Assembly (NCBI RefSeq): GCF_009914755.1
Contig: NC_060936.1
DNA length: 64,000 nucleotides
From: the human T2T-CHM13v2.0 reference genome, Homo sapiens
Direction: 5' to 3' (one strand)
Shown here: positions 49,601 to 64,000 of the stretch, piece after piece
How positions within the stretch are numbered: the first letter of the stretch is position 1
How the letters are laid out: each line of letters opens with the position of its first letter
Program-made: the position numbers and the translations under genes
The notes under the pieces: model-generated
Seen by the model: the letters and a program-made list of their open reading frames with translations, nothing else
Told to the model about the DNA's origin: nothing
The model's database searches: none

Positions 49601-51055
49601 GTTTATACTGGCCATTCTATATGAAATAATATATATTTATAATTTTTAATATTTATATGTGGTATATTTTCCCATAATGAAAGATTAAAATTAAAGCAGT
49701 TGGATCTTTAAAAAGAAAAGAAAGAAGTGAATAATACACACCAGCTTTCTCCTGATTAGAGGAAGAGCCCCAAAGCTTCTATGGACACTCACTTTTCTCT
49801 TCTTCTTCTTGCATTATTATGAGGAAATCCTTAAAGGTTGGGGAACTTGGGCGACTTTGGCTAATGAGGAGCTCTGTGCCTTGAGCCCCCCAGGCCATAG
49901 AATAGTAAATAGTCTGTGCCTCCAGCCCTGCAGTGTGAGGTTCCAGTCCTGTGGGCTCCACACCCATCACCTGTATCAGGAGGCTCATGTCTCACCCTGT
50001 CTTCTTGCCAGCCTTGAGGATGGAGTCTGAGCCTCCATCGTGCACCACGCAGGGAGGACAGTGGACTTGTTCTCCGTGGTCATGGCCCAGCAGAGGGGAA
50101 GGGCAGTTCAGTGAGTGCTGAGGGACGGTTGGGAGCCTTGTTTTGTATCCTCATCCTCAGGAAAAAAACAGGAGAGTGCGGTGGGCAGATGGGAGGAGAC
50201 CAACGTGCAAACTGTCGGCTCAGCAGACTGTGGAGTTTCTGTTCTTGGTTATGGTCGGGGGGGGGCGGTCTCAGAAATCTTATTCAAAATTTTGCTTTCC
50301 TCCCCCACTGGTTGTCCTTTTCATAGACATCTCACCCATGATAGCAGGGAATGAGTCCCTCTAAACTATTCTCTAAGAACAATAAAAAGATTATGAAGGT
50401 GATGATGAGGATAAAGAGGATGATGACAGACACCATGGCATCATGAACCCTTACTGAGGGCTTCCTAAAGGCCAGGCTCTGAGCTCTGTGGTCTATGCAG
50501 CTTGTTTCATTTCCTCTGCGTAGTCTCCCAGTTATTAGTGCACATTTCATTATTATTTTACAGACTAGAAAAGGAGCAATGCATTTTCATATAACTTGTA
50601 CCAGATCATGAAGTCAAAAAGGGTGAAGTCCAGTTTGAACCAGGCAGCCTAAGTCCAGACACATGGCATTTGGCCAGTCCTCTCCCTGCATCCAACCTGC
50701 CCTCTCAAATCCTTGTCACTCAGGCCGATGCCCCTGCTCACTGTGCCCTTCCTTTTGGGGGTTCCTTGTAGACCACAGCTAGACCAGTGGGTGCCACAAT
50801 CACTGTGTCAAGTATAGAAAGGGCAGCTGAGATCACATCAAAGATTCCAGAAAGAATTGGCACAGGATCATTCGGGATGCATCTCTCCCTTGCCCCTGTT
50901 CCTGGCTTTCCTTACAGCTCTCGACTTCCTCAAAGGAGTCATAAATTCGGAATTTGGCTTCTCTTCCTGTTGAGGAAGCTGGAAACTGTTTCAAAAATGC
51001 TCCTCAGATGTACCTGTGGTTAAGACCTCTGAGCTCTGCTTTAAACTTTTTGAAG

Positions 51056-51365
51056 CTGGGCGCGGTGGCTCACGCCTGTAATCCCAGCACTTTGGGAGGC
51101 TGAGGCAGGCGAATCACAAGTTCAGGTGTTCGAGACCAGCCTGGCCAACATGGTGAAACCCCGTCTCTACTAAAAATAGAAAAAAATTAGTCGGGCATAG
51201 TGGCGGGCGCCTGTAATCTCAGCTGCTCAGCAGGCTGAGGCAGGAGAATAGCTTGAACCTGGGATGCGGAGGTTGCAATGAGCTGAGATCACTCCACTGC
51301 ACTTCCAGCCTGGGCAACAGAATGAGACTCCGTCTCAAAAAAACAAAAACAAAAACAAAAAAAAA
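51056..51365 (+). mobile_element. Alu (AluS-like)
   Basis: Alu consensus; aactttttga-like flanks. Confidence 0.9.
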
Positions 51366-51921
51366 CTCCCACAACTTTTTGAGAGTTGGAAGACCATGAA
51401 GTATAGTATCTGGGACTTAGAGTCTGGCCATTAATTTTGAATACCATCCTTTCTACTTATCTGTATGGCAAGGGGTGAGATGTCCATCCTCTGAGACTCA
51501 GCACTCTCATCTGAGTTGATTTGTAGTTGATCCAATGGAAGTGAGTGATGATTAAACCGATCGTGGGCTCCCGCTGCATGATCTCTATGATGGATGCATA
51601 AAGTAAAGGTAAAGTGAATTTTAGATACATTTGTTAATATTTTAAGCTTAAACTCCATACAATTCAATGGAAATATCCCCTGACCTGAAGTTCTGGTTTC
51701 CCTGCATTCCAGACAGGACATTTTATTTTGTCCTTATCTCAGTAAGTACTGAGTATTGTGAGAGGAACAAGTGAGTCTCTTTTGTTTCTGACTCCCCAGA
51801 GCCTACATCTTGCTTGGCACATAGGAGACAGCAAAAGTAAACATCTATGTGAATTATTGAATTGACACTTCCTTGGTTCACAAAAATTGGCTGTCATCAG
51901 TGTGACTTCGACTTACGTGAT

Positions 51922-52224
<303 letters not shown>

Positions 52225-52904
52225 AAACTTTCTGATGAAAACTCTAAGTCCCCCTAAGCTAAGGACAGGAGTTATAGCTTACATGAATTTTAAAACAAGA
52301 CCCACCGATTTGAGTAAGCAATTACTCTCTTGAAGGAGAAAAGTCAGAAAACATAATGATGAAATCACTAGGACCTAACTCGCATGTGGAACTATTTTCT
52401 GCTTATGAACTATCAACTTTAAGTTCATTTCCAGATGGCATGGTCTCAGCTGTTATACAGTGTTTATAAATGTTCTAAATCAAGGAAATTTGTATCAATC
52501 TATTAGAATAAAAAATATTTGAGTTCTTAATTTTCTTTAGTTAGGATAACCTTTTTCTTAAAGTGAAGAGAATGGTTTTATTACATATTTTTCTTCGGAA
52601 AAGATAGGCTGTATTTTCTAGCAATTATGAATTTGTTATTTATGATGATCTGGTTCTTGGAACATTCTTGAATCTAGTGTCTCTAAGGCAGGTATGTACA
52701 GCAAGAACTGAATAACACAGAATCAATGATGAAAGCATTATAAGACAATTCATTTTGTCAGAACTGCAAAATATTCCTGAGTGTGGATTGCTCTGGAATC
52801 TGAAAACATTACTTGTGAATTGCTTGTATCCAAAATGCAGACACAATGCTGGGTGTTGGTTTACTTGTTTCTGATTTCTCAACGCTCTTTTCTAGGCAAA
52901 AGTT

Positions 52905-53849
52905 GTCCAAACTATACAGACCCACAGAATCTAACAGATGTCTCTATATTCCTCCTCCTAGAACCTCAGAGGATCCAGAACGGCAGCTGGTCCTTGCTGG
53001 ACTGTTCCTGTCCATGTGCCTGGTCATGGTGCTGGGGAACCTGCTCATCATCCGGCCATGAGCCCTGACTCCCACCTCCACACCTCCATGTACTTCTTCC
53101 TCTCCAACCTGTCCTTGCCTGACATCGGTTTCACCTCCACCACGGTCCCCCAGATGACTGTGGACATCCAGTCTCGCAGCAGAGTCATCTCCTATGCAGG
53201 CTGCCTGACTCAGAAGTCTCTCTTTGCCATTTTTGGAGGCACGGAAGAGAGACATGCTCCTGAGTGTGATGGCCTATGACCGGTTTGTAGCCATCTGTCA
53301 CCCTCTATATCATTCAGCCATCATGAACCTGTGTTTCTGTGGCTTCCTAGTTTTGCTGTCTTTTTTTTTTCTCAGTCTTTTAGACTCCCAGCTGTACAAC
53401 TTGATTGCCTTACTAATGACCTGCTTCAAGGAGGTGGACATTCCTAATTTCTTCTGTGACCTTTCTCAACTCCCCCATCTTGCCGTTGTGACACCTTCAT
53501 CAATAACATAATCATGTATTTCCCTACTGCCATATTTGGTTTTCTTCCCATCTCGGGGACCCTTTTCTCTTACTATAAAATTGTTTCCTCCATTCTGAGG
53601 GTTTCATCATCAGGTGGGAAGTATAAAGCCTTCTCCACCTGTGGGTCTCACCTGTCAGTTGTTTGCTGATTTTATGGAAGAGGTGTTGGAGGGTACCTCA
53701 GTTCAGATGTGTCATCTTCCCCCAGAAAGGGTGCAGTGGCTGCAGTGATGTACACGGTGGTCACCTCCATGCTCAACCCCTTTATCTACAGCCTGGGAAA
53801 CAGGGATATTAAAAGTGTCTTGCGGCGGCCGCACGGCAGCACTGTCTAA
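52905..53849 (+). pseudogene. OR7E47P: Olfactory receptor family 7E pseudogene
   Basis: OR motifs spread over several frames: [56 protein letters not shown]. Several frameshifts and an in-frame TGA at 53667-53669. The symbol is assigned from locus context. Confidence 0.92.
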
Positions 53850-53919
53850 TCTCAATATCTTCTTATCTGTTCCATTCCTTTTGTAGTGTGGGTTAAAAAA
53901 GGCAGCAAGGTCAAATAAG

Positions 53920-56900
53920 AATGATATCACAGGGTGAACACCCACTGTGATATTAGGAGTAATACCTCCCTAGGATATAAAATATACTGTCACAGAGTAT
54001 ACACACATGCGGTACACCCACTGTGATATTAGAAGCAGTATCTCCCTTAAATATTATGAAAAATATCACAGGGTGTGCACACTGTGTGATATTAGGAGTA
54101 ATATTTACCCTGGATATTACGACTAATATCAAGGGTGTACACACACGGGGTACACGCACTGTGATACCAGGAGTTGTATCTCCCTAGGATATTATGAATA
54201 ATATCACAGGGTATACACTATGTGTGTACATCCACTGTGATATTTGAAGTAATATCTCTCTATGAGATTACAAATAATATCAAAGGGTGTACACCCCTGT
54301 GACATATTAGGAGTAACATCCTTCTAGGGTATTACAGATAATGTCACAAGCTGTACACCTTCTGTGACATTTTGTACACTCTTTGTGACATTAAAAGAAA
54401 CATCTCCCTAGGATATTATGAATAATGACACAGGCGGTGTACACACATGGTGTACACCGCCTGTGCCATCAGGAGTAACATTCCCCTAGGATATTATGAA
54501 TAATATAACAGCAGGTGTACACACATGGTGAACACCCCATGTGACATTAGGAGGAACATGCCCCTAGGATATAGGAATAGTATCACAGATGTTGAATACA
54601 CATGATATACACCCCCGGTGACATTAAAAGTAACATCCCCCTAGGATATTACGAATAATATCACAGGGAGTACACCCCATGTGACATTAGGAGTAACATC
54701 CCCCGAGGATATAACGAATAATATCAGAGGGTGTACATGCATTGTGACCTTAGTAGTAACATCTCTTTAGGATACTACAAATAATATCACAGGGTGTACA
54801 CGCATTGTGACATTGGTAGTAACATCCCGCTAGGATATGACGAGTAATATCACAGGGTGTACACCCCCTGTGACAACAGTAGTAACATTCCGCTGGAATA
54901 TGAAGAATAATATCACAGGAAGTACAGCCCCTGTGATTTACGAGTAATATTTCCATAGAATATTACAGGTCATATCACTGTGTGACTCTGTGTACACCCC
55001 GTGTGGCATTAGGAGTAACATCCCATAAAACTATTACGAATAATATCACAGGGTGAACACCCCCTGTGACATGAGGAATAACGTAGTTTTAGGATATTAT
55101 GAATGATATGACAAGGGGTACACAGCCTGTGATGTTAGGAACAATATCCGTCTAGGATATTAGGAATAATATCACAGGGAACACACCCCCTGTGATATTA
55201 GGATATTATGAATAATATCACAAGGTGTACACGCATTGTGACATTAGTACTAATATCCCTCTCGTATACTATGAATAATATCACAGGGTGTACCTCCCTG
55301 TGACATTAGGAGTAACGTTCCCCTAGAATAGGACAAATAATATCACAGGGGGTACACACCCTGTGACTTTAGGAGTATCACCGCCCTGGAATATGAGGAA
55401 TACTGTCTCAGGGTATTAACCCCCTGTGACCTGAGGAGTAACATCCCACTGGAATATTACGAATAATATCACAGTGTGTACACCAACTGTGATATTAGGT
55501 GTCCTATTTATTTTTAGGATATTAGGATACACAAATTGTGTGTACACCCACTGTGATATTAAAAGTTATATCTCCCTAGGGTATTGCAAATAATATAATG
55601 GGTGTACACCCACTGTGATATTTGAAGTAATATCTCCCTAAGATATGACAAAAAATATCAAAGGGTGGACCCCGTCTGTGACATCAAAAGTAACATCTCT
55701 TGTGGATATTCCGAATAATATCACAGGGTGTACACAGCCTGTGACATTAGGAGTAGCATCCCCATAAGATATTCCGAGTAATATCACAGGTTGTACACCC
55801 CATGTGACATTAAGAGTAACATCTTCTTAGGATATTGTGAACAACATCACAGGGTGTACACCCCCTGTGACTTTAAAAGTAACATCCCCCTAGAATATTA
55901 CAAAAAATATAATGGGTGTATACCCCGTGTGATATTGGGAGTAACATCTCCCTAGGATATTACGAAGAATATCACTGGGTGTACATCCTCTGTCATATTA
56001 GGAGTAACATCCTTCTAGGATATTATGAATAATATCACAAAGTGTACACACACTGTGATATTCGGAGAAATATCTCTCTAGGATATAAGGTATCATATCA
56101 CAGAATGTACACACATGGTGTACACCCACTGTGATATTAGAAGCAATATCTCCCTATGATAGTATGAAAAATATCAAAGGGAGTACACTGTGATATTAGA
56201 TGTAATGTTTACCATGGATATTACAAATAATATCACAGTGGGTGTACACACATAAGGTACACCCACTGTGGTATTATTTGTACTTTCTTAGAGAGATGTA
56301 ACTCTCTAATATAACACAGAGAGCTATAACTCTGTAATATCTCTGAGATATTACAAATAATTTCACAGTGGGTGTAGTGTACACCCACTGTGAGATTTAC
56401 AGGAATATCTCCCTATAAGACTACAAATATTATCGAAGGGTGTACACCCCCTGTGACCTTAGGAGTAACATCCTTCTGGATATCAGGAATAATATCATAA
56501 GGCATACACACCCTGTGACATTTTGTACACCCTTTGTGACATTAAAAATCACATCCCCCTAGTATATTATGAATAATATCAAAGGCGGTTGACGCACACG
56601 GTGTACACATCCTGTTACATTAGGCATAATATTTTTCTGTGATTTATGAATAATATCACAGAAGGTGTACATACATGGTGTACACTCCAGGTGACATTAG
56701 GAGCAACATCCCCCCAAGATATTAGAAATAATATTACCAGGGTTGCATACACATGGCGTACTCTCCCTGTGACATTGGCAGCAACATTCCCCTAGAATAT
56801 TATGAATAACATCAGAGGGGGTGTACACACATAACGTATGCACCTTGTAAAACTAGGAGTAGCATCTCCCTAGGATGTTATGAATAATATCACAGAATGT

Positions 56901-59900
56901 GTACACACATGGCGTATACCCCATGTGATGTTAGGAGTTACATCCTTCTAGTATGTTAGGAATAATACCACAAAGGTGTTCCCACATGGTTAACAGCATA
57001 TGGAATATTAGGATTAACATCCCTCGAGAATAGTACAAATAACATCACAAGGGCTGTGCGCACATGGTGTACATGCCCTGTGACATTAGGAGTACATTTC
57101 CCTGACAGATTACGAGTAATATCACAGAGTGTACACCTTCTGTGACATTTGGAGTAACATCCCCTAGGATAGTACGAAAAATATCACAGGGTGTACCTGG
57201 GGAGTAACATCTTTCTAGGATATTGTGAATAATATCACAAAACGCACAGCCCCTGTGACACGAGGAGTAACATCCACCTAGGATATTATGAATACTATCA
57301 CAGGGAGTACACCCCTTGTGACAGTAGAAGCAACCTCCCCCAAGGATATAACGAACAAATACAGAGGATGTACACGTGTTGTGACATTAGCAGTAACATC
57401 CATTTAGGATATTACGAATATTACCACAGTGTGAACACCCCCTGTGATATTAGGAGTAACATCCCATTACAATATGGGGAACCATATCATACAGTGTACA
57501 CCCCCTGTGACATTAGAGGTAACATTTCTTTAGGATATTATGAATAATATTACAAGGTGTACAGCCCCTGCAATATTAGGAGTAACATGTCCATAAAATA
57601 TTATGAATAATATCACTGTTTGTACACCACGGGTGACATTAGGAGTAACAGCCCCCAAAACTATTATGAATAACTTCACAAGGTGTACACCCTCTGTGAC
57701 ATTAGGAGTAACATCTCTCTAAAATATTACGAATAATATCGCAAAATGTACAACCCCTGTGACATTAGAAGTAACATCGCCTGAGGATATAAGAAATAAT
57801 AACAGATTGTGTACCTGCATTGTGACATCAGTAGTAGCATCGCTTTAGGGTATTACGAATGTTATCAGAGTGTGAACACCTTCTGTGACATTAGGAGTAA
57901 CATCACCCTACAATATTGGGAATAATACCACACGGTGTACACTGCCTGTGACATTAGTGGTAACATTTCTTTAGGATATTAAGAATAATATGACAGGGTG
58001 TACAGCCCCTGTGATATTAGGAGTAACATATCCAAAAAAACTTTACAAATAATATCACTGTTTGTACACTACGTGTGACATTAGGAGTAACATCCCCTGA
58101 AACTATTATGAATGACTTCACAGATTGTACACCCTCTGTGATATTAGGAGTTAACATCTTCCTAGAATGTGAAGAATAACATCACAGGATGTACACCCTC
58201 GTGACATGGGGATCAACATCCCTCTAGGATATTATGAATAATATAACAAAGTGTACACAATTTGTATGGTAGGAGTAACATCCCCCTGGGATACTACGAA
58301 TCATAGCACAGAAAGCACACCCCCTGTGACAATAGGAGTAACATCCCCTTAGGATAGTACAAATAATATCACAAGGTGTACACGCATTGTGACATTAGTA
58401 ACAATATCCAGCTAGTATATTGTGAATAATATCACAGCGCATACACATCTGCGACATTAGGAGTAACATCCCCCTAGAATAATATGAATAATATCACAGG
58501 GTGTACACACCCTGTGACTTTAGGATAATCATCCCCCTGGATTACTACAAATAATTTCACAGGATGTTAAACCCCTGTGACAATAGGAATAATATACTTC
58601 TAGGATATGACGGATAATATCACAGTGTGTACACCCACTGTGACATTAAAAGTTATACCTCCTTCATATATTGTGAATAATATCACAGGGTATACACCAC
58701 GTGTGCACACCCACTGTGATTTTTAAAGTAATATCTCCTTAGGATATTACGAATAATATCAAAGGTGTACACACCCTATGACATTAAGATAACATCCCTT
58801 TAGGATATTCCAAATAATATCCCAGGGTGTACACCCCAGGTGACATTATGAGTAACATCTTCCTAGGATATTACGAATAAGATCCCAGTGTTGACACCCC
58901 CTGTGATTTTAAAAGTAAAATCCCCCTAGAATATTACTAATAATTAACACAGGGTGTACACCCCTGTGATGTTAGGAGTAACATCCTCCCAGGATATTAC
59001 GAATAACATCAGAAGGTGTACACACATGGTGACATTAGTAGTAATATCCCGCTAGTATATTGTGAATAATATCACAGGGTATACACACCTGTGACATTAG
59101 GAGTAACATCCCCCTGGAATATTCTGAATAATATCACAGGGCGTACATCTCCTGTGACTTCAGGAGTATCATCCCGCTAAAATATTACGAATAATGTCAC
59201 AGGGGTTTAGCCTGTGTAATATCACAGGGTGTACACCCCCTGTGACATTAGGAGTAACATCTTTCTAGAACATCATGAGTAAAAGTTATACCTCCCTCAT
59301 ATATTGTGAATAATATCACAGGGTGTACACACATTGTGACTTCAGTGCTAATATCCCTCTCATATACTGTGAGTGTATGAGAGTATTACGAATAATATCA
59401 CAGGGGGTACACACGCCTTTGGTTTAGGAGTAATATTCCCCTAGGATATTACAAATAATATCGCAGTGTGTACACTCACTGTGATATTAGGAGTCCCATT
59501 TTCCTAGGATATTATGAATAATATCACAGGAGGTGTTCACACATAATGTGTACACCATGTGTGTACACCCAATGTGATATTTGAAGTAATATGTCCCTAG
59601 GATCTTACGAATAATATCAAAAGGTGTACACCCCATGTGACATTAAAAGTAACATCCCTTTTGGATATTCTGAATGCTATCACAGGGTGTGATATTAGGA
59701 GTGTGATATTAGGAGTAACCTCTTCATAGGATAACCCATGTGGTATTAGGAGTAACCTCTTCCTAGGATATTATGAATAACATCACAGGGTGTACACCCC
59801 TGTGACTTTAAAAGTAACACCCGCCTAGAATATTACGAATAATATAACAGGGTGTACACCCCTGTGACATTAGGAGTAACATCTCCCTAGGATATTACGA

Positions 59901-60153
59901 ATAATGATGTCACTGGGGGCACACCCTCTGTGATATTAGCAGCAACATCTTTCTAGGATATTACGAATGATATCACAGGGTGTACACTCACTGTGATACT
60001 AGAAGGAATATCTCCCTAGGATATAAGCTATCACATCACAGAGTGTACACACATGGTGTACACCCACTGTGTTATTAGAAGCAATATCTCCCTATGATAT
60101 TATGAAAAATATCACAGGGTGTACCCTCTGTGGGATACTAGAAGTAACGTTTA
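53920..60153. repeat. Second SATR-like satellite array (shorter, AT-richer unit of about 60-70 bp)
   Basis: Unit ctaggatattacgaataatatcacagggtgtacacccctgtgacattaggagtaacatcccc repeated over 6.2 kb. Confidence 0.88.
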
Positions 60154-61580
60154 CCAATATCGCAGCAGGTGTACAACCCCCGTGATTTGGTTTTTAACAT
60201 CCAGGGGGCACAGGATGATATTACTCCCCATGTTGCAGGGAGTGTACACACCCCTGTGAAACTCTTCCTAATATCCAGAGGGCGACAAGATGATATTACT
60301 CCCAATATCGCAGGGGGTGCACACATCCTTGTGAAACTCTTCCTAATATCCAGAGGGAGAGAGGATGATACTACTCCCAATATTGCAGGGGGTGTACACA
60401 GCCTGTGATACTCTTCCTAATATCCAGAGGGAGAGAGGATGATATTACTCCCAGTATCACAGGGGGTGTACACAACCCTGTGATATTGTTCGTAATATCC
60501 AGAGCGAAAGAGGATGATATGACTCTCAATATCGCAGAGGGTGTACACCCCTCCTCTAATATTGTTCTTAATACCCTGGGAGGGAGAGGATAAGATTACA
60601 TTGAATACCACAGGGAATGTACACCCTCCCCCTCTGATACCCTTCCTAATATCCAGGGGAAGAGAGGATAATTTTACTCCCAATAACGCAGAGGCAGTAC
60701 ACCCCTGCTGTGATATTGTTCCTAATATCCAAGCGGGGAGAGGATGAGACCTCTCCCAATATCGCAGGGGTGTTCACATCCCCGGTTACATTTTTCCTAA
60801 TATCTAGGGGAGAGACAATTAGATGACAGCAAATGTCGCAGGATCTGTACATCCCTTCCTGATATTGTTCCTAATATCCAGCGGGGAAGAGGATGATATC
60901 AAACATCAAAGGGGGTGTATGCCCCCCCTACGATATTGTTCTTAATATTCATGAGGGGAGACGATGATATTACTCCAAATATTGCAGGGGTTGTTCACAC
61001 CCCCTGTGATATTGTTTCTAATATCCAGGGGGGAGAAAATCATATTACTTCCAGTATTGCTGGTGGTGTATACCCCACCTGAAATATTGCACCGAATATC
61101 CAAAGAGGGAGAGGATGGTATTAATACCAATATCGAAGTGTGTGTACACCCCTTGTGATATGGTTTTTAATATCCAGGGGACGGGAGGATGATATTAGTC
61201 CCAACATCACAGAGGGTGTACACTACCCCTGTGATATTGTCCCTAACTTCCAGAGGGGAGAGGATGGTATCACTCCCAATATCTCAGAAGTTGTACATCC
61301 CCCGTGACATTGTTCGTCATATCCAGGGAGGCACAGGATGACATTCCATTGAATTTTGTGACAGGCGTACACGCACACTGTGATATTGTTCCTAATATCC
61401 AAGAAGGGAGAGGATGATACTTCTCCCAATAAAGCAGTGGGTTTACATTACCCCTATGTTATTGTCTCTAATATCCGGGGGCGGGGGGAGGACAGAATAA
61501 CATTCCCTCAAATTTGGCAGGTGGTTTGATGCCCCTTGTGGTATTGTTTTTAATATCCAGTGGGAAAGATAATAATACTA
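60154..61580 (-). repeat. Inverted copy of satellite segment 43441-44873
   Basis: Near-identical translations on opposite strands, e.g. 44347+ vs 60417-, 43593+ vs 61223-, 44622- vs 60169+. Confidence 0.9.
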
Positions 61581-63985
61581 TTTTTGATAGTCCGATTCAT
61601 CCGCTCCACCTTTCCGGAACTCTGAGGCTGGTACGCGGCATGCCGTTTCCATGTGATGCCCGATACCTTCGCCGTCTTCTGTACCAAGTCAGCCACAAAC
61701 GCAGGCCCGTTATCTGAGCTGATCCGTAAGGGCAGTCCAAATCTAGGAATCAGATCTCGAAGAAACACACGGGTTACTTCACGAGCTTTCTTAGTTCGTG
61801 TTGGATAAGCCTCCACCCACCCAGAGCAGGTACACCCAAGAACTAGTAAATACTTCTGACCTCCACACTTTGGCATCTCTGTGAAGTCTACCTGGAGATC
61901 TTCAAAGGGGGCTGCTCCATAAGCTTTTATGCCGGGCGGAACGGCTGGACCTTGCCTCGCATTGTGCTGTCAGCAGGTAACACACCGCTGTGTCACCGTT
62001 TTGGCAAGGGCTGACAAATGCGAGATGTAGAAATACCAGCCTAACAACTTTTCCAGTGACTCTGACCTAGATGGGTGGTTTCATGCACAGCCAGTACAAC
62101 TGCAGCTCCTAGCAGCTGTGGCACAGCTACTCTCCCATCTGGTAACCGAATCCATCCTTCCTCCATCACTTGTCCTTCCCTCTACCTGGAGAAAGTCCTT
62201 TTCTTCTTTAGAATAAGTAGGTACAAGATCAGGTGCTTGAGGGAGCAGAGTGGCTGTGACTGATTGCCGGAAGGGGGCAGATGCTGCTTTTCGAGCCTCT
62301 GAGTCAGCGCGGGAATTCCCCAAACCCAGCAAGGTGGAAGCTCGCTGATGTCCTCTGCAATGCATACCTGCCACCTTGTGGGGTTTCCATACTGCTTCTA
62401 ATAATTGCAAGATTTCTTGTTGATATTTTATGTCTTTTCCCCCAGAGTTCCATAGGCCGTTTTCTTTCTATAATGCTCCATGCACTTGAAGGGTTAAAAA
62501 GGCATACCGAGAATCAGTGTCAATGTTTACAGTCTTACCTTCATGGAGTTCTAAGGCCCAAATTAAAGCAATGGGTTCAGCTTTCTGGGCTGAAGTGCCC
62601 TGGGGCAACGATCTGGCTTCAACAACAGTGTACAGGGTTACCACTGCATACCCTGCACATCTCTCTCCTTGTAGGTTGATGAAGCTGCTCCCGTCCACGT
62701 GTAGTTCCCAGTCTACTGATGCCCAAGGCTGGTCCCGGAGGTCAGATCTACTAGAGTCAACTGAGTCAAACACTTCTACACAATCATGCCCGACAGGGCT
62801 CTCTGATACTGGGAGCAAGGTGGTGGGGTTTAGGGTGTTCCAAACTTCAATGGTTATACGGAGATTTTCACAGAGCAAACTTTGGTACTTGGTGAGTCTA
62901 GCATTCGTTAGCCAATGATGTCCTTTAGTATTCATTAAAGTCAACACAGCATGGGGAGCCTTTATGTTCAGGTTTTGCCCAAGAGTCAGCTTATTTGCTT
63001 CTTGTACTAGCAGGGCAGTTGCTGCCAAGGCCCTCAAACACAGGGGCCATCCTTTAGGAACCCCATCTAGTTGTTTAGAGAGGTAGGCCACTGGCCTCGG
63101 CCAGGGCCCCACAGTTTGGATGAAAACTCCAACTGCCATCTTTTCTCTCTCTGACACATACAATGTAAAAGGCTTTGTCAGATCGGGTAGCCCCAGGGCT
63201 GGGGCTGACATAAGTTTTTTCCTTTAACTCATGAAAGGCTTGCTGTTGTTGAGATCCCCATTCAAAAGGTTCCCGGTCCCCCACTTTGTGACCTCATACA
63301 AAGGCTTGGCTAATACTGCAAAGTTTGGGATCCACAGTCTACAAAACCCCACAGCTCCTAAGAATTCTCTCACTTGCCTTCTGCTCTTAGGCTCCAGTAG
63401 ATTGCAAATGACCTGCTTTCTTTCTGATCCCAGGCTGCATTCCCCGTGTCGGATAGTAAATCCCAAGTAACGTACCTGCTGTCGACAGATCTCAGCTTTT
63501 TTCTTGGACACCTTATACCCACAGTCCTCCAGGCGCTGGAGTAGGGCATCCGTTCCCTTGGCGCACCTGACTGCCGTGGGGTGTCTCAGCAAAAGGTCAT
63601 CAACGTACTGGAGCAACACGCAGCCTAGGTCTCTGGTGGGAAGCTTCTGGAGGTCTGTAGCCAACGCCTCCCTGAAGATGGTGGGGGAGCTCTGGAACCC
63701 TTGGGGAAGCCGGGTCCAAGTGTACTGAGTAGTGATACCTGACTCCGGATCTTCCCACTGAAAGGCAAACAGCTTCTGGCTCTCGGGAGCTAATCTGATA
63801 CGAAAGAAAGCGTCTTTCAGGTCCAAGCAGGTGAACCAGCTGTCCTCAGCTGGCAGCAATCCCAACAACGTGTACGGGTTAGGTACTGTTGGATGTAAAG
63901 TCACTGTAGCTTGATTAACCAAGCGCAAATCCTGTACCGGCCTGTAGTCCTTGGTCCCTGGCTTGGGAACAGGCAGGAGGGGAGT
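61581..63985 (-). mobile_element. Class I (gamma-like, HERV-E-like) endogenous retrovirus pol fragment: RT, RNase H and truncated integrase; frameshifted
   Basis: RT: TPLLPV, YRPVQDLR, LDLKDAFF, LPQGF, QYVDDLLL. RNase H: DGSS, TSAQKAE, TDSRYAF. Integrase: CVTC, VDFTEMP, SDNGPAF, SSGKVERMN. Family assignment is from recalled similarity. Confidence 0.9.
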
Positions 63986-64000
63986 GTATACTTGGCATGA

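Noticed and set aside
62468-63928. 234-aa and 247-aa pol ORFs as a possible domesticated or active reverse transcriptase
   Set aside because: Frameshifts separate RT, RNase H and integrase, there are stops, and the integrase is truncated; this is a decayed provirus.
63986-64000. Departure from the expected SPWNTP motif (reads SCQVYTP), possibly another junction
   Set aside because: Only 15 nt are visible at the window edge, too little to judge.

Overview
This is human (primate) genomic DNA, recognisable as the chr12q13 NR4A1-ATG101-SMIM41-OR7E47P interval. It contains six coding exons of NR4A1/Nur77 (the start codon lies upstream of the window) with the 3' UTR, and the complete ATG101 gene (CpG-island promoter, two coding exons, 218 aa). 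Next is a single-exon 93-aa membrane microprotein ORF (SMIM41) in a CpG island, which aligns without gaps to the Reprimo family as I recall it. From about 40.8 kb to the end lies an OR7E-type segmental-duplication block: palindromic SATR-like satellite arrays, L1/Alu debris, the OR7E pseudogene and a truncated HERV-E-like pol on the minus strand. The most notable observations are the Reprimo-like identity of SMIM41; its apparent spliced 3' UTR (donor 120 nt after the stop, a 75-nt all-purine exon, and a terminal exon from the OR pseudogene); a tandemly duplicated splice donor in ATG101; and a 1.4-kb inverted duplication bracketing the OR pseudogene. Repeat coordinates and family names are read by eye and are approximate.
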